Below, piece by piece: positions 56,171 through 64,000 of a stretch of 64,000 bases of DNA. Every line of letters starts with the position of its first letter. Position 1 is the stretch's first letter. This stretch comes from the human T2T-CHM13v2.0 reference genome, Homo sapiens. The stretch lies in NCBI RefSeq assembly GCF_009914755.1, contig NC_060925.1. One strand, given 5' to 3'. The notes below the pieces were generated by a model that was not told the DNA's origin, searched no databases, and worked only from the letters and a program-made list of their open reading frames with translations. A program made the translations under genes and the position numbers.

Positions 56171-58639
56171 TTATTTTCCTTATTTTGCTTATCTGTGTAT
56201 TCTAGTATTCTTACAATAAACATATGCTATTTACGTACTTTTTAAAGATTCATTATAAGAAACTAGGTTTTATGGCCTCTCTCATCTTAAAGTGTTGAAA
56301 ACAATACTACTTTAACTTTCTGCATAGGCAAACGGTTTGTATGTGTTTGAAAGTGTAAGTTACTCTTTCCCAGGACCAAAGCTAGTCACTGATCATCAAA
56401 TCTTGCCTACTGAATGGGTTTCTAGGTGGCCTATAATTCCTTCCCATTCTGACCAACCTGGAAGCTATAGAAATTTTGTGGATGGGAGGGAATTAAGGAA
56501 AGGAGTACAAATAGGATCATGAAAAAGTTGATGGTAAATTGATGGTAGGTACAAGTTTTTCATAGACATCAAGGAGATTTTTCAAAATAATCCATATCCC
56601 TTCACTGATTTCTATATACCCTCTATGGAAATGTGGCCTCTTCAGTTAAGAATCAATATTTCTTAAGGTGTTACCAAATGATATGAGGTAAAATTCACAG
56701 TTGGTATAAAAGGTGCAGGTGGAAAGCAGCAGTAATGAGGTGTGTGGGCCACAGAGGTGGCAACAAATCCTCTAAGATGGCTAACATGTTTCATGTGGGT
56801 GCTACTCTGTATTTGACAGATGGCAGTAATTTACAAGTGAATAGGCATATCCTGGAAGCGTAGCTAAACTTGAATGCACAGTAGGCACTGTGACCAGAGA
56901 TTAAGAGGCTTAATAGACACTTGGTGGGGGGTGGGGAAAGTAACTTAAAAATTAAGGCAATAGTGGCAGAAATAAAATTATGTTTGTAGGTTTGATCAAA
57001 GTGAGAGATAATACTTTTTGTGCAAGGATATTTTGCCACCAACAGGATGGAGTCACAGGTATCAGAAAGAACCAGCATTAGACATACATATAAATGCCTC
57101 TTGGATCAACCAGGTAAACCCTTAACATGGAGATTCCACAGGTGGTAACATACTGAAGCCTATTTTGCCAGATGCAGAGCAAGAGTCATCTCTGTGAACC
57201 GTGTTCAATGTCTTGAATGGAATACAAAATACAGTGCCAAGTTGGGGCATGCCAGAACTGAGACAGAGACAAATAGAGTCTTCATAAAATATGTCAGAAT
57301 AAAACAAATCACACTTCCTGCTTGATGAATTTGATTACTAGGACAGTTAGAGTGGGAAAATAAGAAAATGAAACAGGCTAACTTCCAAGATCCCTAGATA
57401 TAATCTTTTGAGCTTGGGGTTCCAAGGTCACTATGAGAGAATTAAATGTCATAATATATATAAATTACTTGTCATAATAATTGCTACATAAATGGCAGTA
57501 GAAGTAGTCATAGTCATGGTCATCATCATTGTTATGGCAGTAGTGGTAGTAGCAGTTTTAATAATTACAATAATTACCTTGAGCAGCATGATATGTCTTT
57601 GTTGAGTGGGGCTTTCCCTAATAACTTCCTGTCCAAGATAGTAACTAGATACTTTCCGAGTTCTATGGAGGTGATGTTGTTTGTTGAAGAACTTCTGGGA
57701 CAGAACTGGCTAGACCAAATGTTGTCTATGCAGACACTCTCCAATGTAATTTAGACAGAGCCAGGCCCTTCTGCCCAGAAGATTTTTTACAATTAAATTT
57801 ATTATATCTAGAAGTCCAGTAGGGCTCTGCATGGAGCAAATAGCATGAAAGAGAATTCAGAATGGGTATAAATGCTTGGAAGCTAGTGGTCATTACCTCC
57901 ATGGAAGATAATGAAGATAGTGAAAGCCCAGAGAATCAGAGAAGGCCAAGAGTAAGTTGAAGTTTTAGATAGTGTATCTCTAGGGGAGTGGAGTTTAACA
58001 AAGTTCGATTTTTTCCTTCGTCATGAAGATTATCAGTTCCTTTAGTAGCAATGGAAACTATGGTAAATCCTTACTAAAGAAGGTATTACTATTCCTACAG
58101 TGGAGGTGGAGGGGAACCCAGCCTTGGTGTCTGAGGGGAGGCAGAGAGGCAGAAAGACTTAGGGAGGCTCATAGAAGACATCAGAGCAGCACCTGTGGTG
58201 GTGAGCAGTCTTCTCTCCGTGTATGAAAATACTTCCTGGCAAGTTGCCTGGGTTCCATGAGAACAACAGGTGGGGAGGGATGTCTAGAGGTCAAATTCAG
58301 TTCAAAGCTTTCTGCTTCCTGTTTTAATTGTATATGTGTGGGTTTTCCAGAAGGTGGATGGGTTATGACTTTTCAGGCCAAGGGGAGCTGTGAACCATGG
58401 GTCATCAACTACACCAACCGTTAGTAGAATCACCCACAGCAGCTTTCTGTGGGTGTCTTTCTGGCAGGCTGGTGAGTATCAGTTGTAGTAGAAGAAAAAA
58501 GCAAGAACCAAGATCGAGATTACACTGATGGCTTTCTGTCTTGTTTTACCATGCTTTTTTTTTTTTTTTTTTTGCTCACTCTTCTAACACACTCTGCTAA
58601 TAACTTTTTCACAGTTCATAAAGATATGATTCCCAAGCA

Positions 58640-59000
58640 GAATCATTATTCATTCAGTCATTAATTCATGCATGCATGAAGCCATGCATTCAGTTACTCA
58701 GTGGAGTTTTATTCAATGCCCCTGCTTGATGGGCAATACACTTGGCACTAGACATACCCAGATAAAAAGATATGGTCCCTGCCCTGATGGAAATTGCATT
58801 CTAGCATCAGAAGACTAATAGAAAAGAGTAAACATACTTGTGTCCCACTGCTGTGGTGGAGCTCTGTACAGCATGTGAATGGACACAGTGGAGATTAAGG
58901 AGTAAAGGCTTCCAGAAGAAATGAATATTGAGAGATAGGTAGGTTTCAATCAAGCAAATAAGACTTAGGAAGATGGAGAAGTTCCAGGCCTAGAAAGCAT
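58640..59000 (-). mobile_element. L2 fragment
   Basis: (CATT)n then ATGGTCCCTGCCCT typical of L2 3' end. Confidence 0.6.
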
Positions 59001-61067
59001 CAGGAGCATGGTAAGAGGTCAGGGACCCATTCGGGCTGCTCAGGTATCCACAGGCACTTTAGAATGGCAGATCCAAAGGTATGAGGAAGAGCATCACAAG
59101 AGGTAAGGCCCAAAAGTGGGAAGGTGGGAAAATCTTTATATTTTCATAGGGTGGAGGAGACACCCACTCCATTCCCAGGAAAGAACACCACTAGATAAAA
59201 CTCTTTTGGTCCTTTTACCATTGTCCTTTTATTCCTACTATTTGTTCCTCTGCATGGGAGAAGAGGCTCATCTGATTGGTGAGTTGGGTTGAAGATGTCA
59301 GCTCATGACCTTGTTCTCTCTCTTCACTTGTCCTCAAACAGAAAGTAATCTCTTCCTGCTTATTTTCTTATGTGTAATTATCTCAATGAGTTATCACAGA
59401 AGCCAGGGTCCTCTGCTGGCTAAACACAACTCTCCTAACAGTAAGTCCCAAAGCCTATTGATAGAAAAGTAGAGAAAATCTCCATTTGGCTGAAATATAA
59501 GTCACATGATCTAGTCTAGTATGGTCATTATTAAAGCTGATATTTTGTCTCCAATCTGACTTTGTCAACTTAGTTCCAAACCTGGAGAAGAGACATAAGG
59601 TGAGTAGCACCCATAAACCCTAAATATTTCAAGACTAATGGTGGCATTTCAACCATGATCAGAACATGATCATTTTGAATTTGGACAGCAGGGTGTATGT
59701 GGACTAGAAGGAATAAAGCTAGAGATAAATAGAAGAGCTGTATGGCCACTGATACAGTCCAGGATAGAAAAGATGAAGGCTTGAACTAAGGTGGTTCTGA
59801 TGAAGAGGAGGAGATAAATTTTGCCAGAGTCAAAATCTGCAGAGCTTCATGACTGATTAGGTGTGGGGTGTAAGAGTGGAGCCAGAATCCAGAAAGATAC
59901 CTAGGTTCCTGGACTTTGTTTTTACTAAGTTACAAATCTGCTTTAATTTTATTTACGGCAGCCTGCTCTGCTTCTCTGGATTGAAGTCTTATTTTTTTCC
60001 CTCATAATCCTTTATCCCCAAGATTCTTCTTAGAAGGTATCCCATACTTCCTGTAACCAAGCTCATTGCAATCTCATTATATAAATTTTTCAGGGTTCTC
60101 CCAGATGAGCCGCTTCCTCATATTTTGTCTCAGCTTTAGCCTCCTTTCTTCTTTCTTCTCTCTTTAACCATCTCACTCAAATTTAGCATTGTCATTTCCT
60201 CAATGCCATAGTGGCAGATTTGTCTGTGTCTTACAGGAAGCTTACATGCCTTGTGACAAGAAACCACCATTATTGACCTGTCCAGGAAAACTAGTCATAA
60301 GAAAGTATATGGCAAAGCTATCAATGGCCCACTGGTGAAGGAACCCAGAGCTGAGACAAGGATAAGGCAAAGGGTGGGATCAGTTCTAGAGCTAACTTCT
60401 AACAATTTCAGTGTTTGTGCATAACTAAAAATAGAATTTTCTTCCAGTGTTTCTCAATTAATTAAATTTTTCACTTTTATCTGGCATCAGATACATAGGA
60501 AACTATAAAGAAAAAAAGTTTAAAGATATAATTGTGGTATTGGTGGACACACTATTGGGAGAATGAAAAAGGTTTTGGTTGCAAGGGAAAGATGATTATA
60601 GAATAACAGAACTCCACAAATACAGAGAAAATTAAGGGTCATCAATATTATCAGAAAGCCTGTGACTCCAGCCAATTGGATCAATTACTTATAATGGAAG
60701 ACATGATCCAAGATAGCAAACTAAGCACTGGTATTTAAATTTTCTTACTTTCAAAATCCCCTTAGATGATGAAAAAATTTAAAAATCAAAATAAAATCCA
60801 CCACCACTTGGAAAACAAGAAGTGGGGAATACTAGTTCTGGCAGGTTTGGTTAGACTAAAACACCTGAAAATTCTCCCACTTTAAATTCTCCCACTTAAA
60901 TGCTTATAAGTGATGAATAAATATTACATAATTTTTAAATACATAACTATATATGTAAGAAAGGAGAGAAATCCCCCCATTGTAGATAAATGATGAAGTG
61001 AAAGCAGAGTGTTAAACATGTAAATTGGCATTACTGATCCCCTGGGAGGTGTAACGGAGGAAATTAA

Positions 61068-61405
<338 letters not shown>

Positions 61406-61784
61406 TAAAGTCCATGTGGAACTAGGAAACAAAACCTTAAGGCTTCAAAAGGAAGAAACTTGAAACTAAAACACCTGCATACAGTGTAGACCCTCAAAAA
61501 CTACCTTTTAATAAATGAATGGTGGGTGGGGGAAAAAATCCACCCATTAGCACAGACAGATGATAAGCAAGTTTGTCTTTGTATGAGTTCTGGGAAAAAC
61601 ATAAAATTTCCCCTGAAATAACTAAAGCCCAGGACCGTGCCACATTAATGTGTGTGCTCTGGGAAAGCCCAAATAAGGAATTATCATAAAAATTGTTCCT
61701 AGGCCAATGAAATTTCCAGGGCTTAGCAGAAACAAATGCAAAATGGATTTTGAAGGATGCAGCAGAAGCCCAGGCCACAGTGAC

Positions 61785-64000
<2,216 letters not shown>

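Noticed and set aside
58465-59610. Three strong + strand donors (about 58472, 59103, 59600) suggesting a divergent lncRNA
   Set aside because: No matching acceptors or promoter identified; such 9-mers occur by chance

Overview
Primate (human-like) genomic DNA from the Fc receptor-like cluster. The window holds the complete FCRL2 gene on the minus strand: 12 coding exons from ATG 54140 to TAA 23779, 1527 nt, 508 aa. The protein has a split signal peptide with a 21-nt mini-exon, 4 Ig domains, a TM segment and a tail with an ITAM-like motif and two ITIMs. There is also a processed VDAC1 pseudogene (about 340-2105, minus) and dense repeats (L1, Alu, MaLR/THE1, MER41A, MER21, Tigger1, MIR, L2). 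Almost all ORFs in the supplied track are repeat-derived or spurious. Main observations from reading the sequence: (1) the dead 5' end of another FCRL gene (promoter, exon 1 and 21-nt mini-exon, both donors mutated) at 4197-7935; (2) a Tigger1 split into oppositely oriented halves sharing a 16-bp TSD-like overlap, implying an ancient inversion ending in the FCRL2 3' UTR; (3) a candidate decayed Ig exon in FCRL2 intron 2; (4) two local templated duplications inserted into L1s; (5) a GC-AG intron and an inverted AluY pair around an in-frame 684-nt exon block. Repeat subfamily names and boundaries are by eye and approximate.
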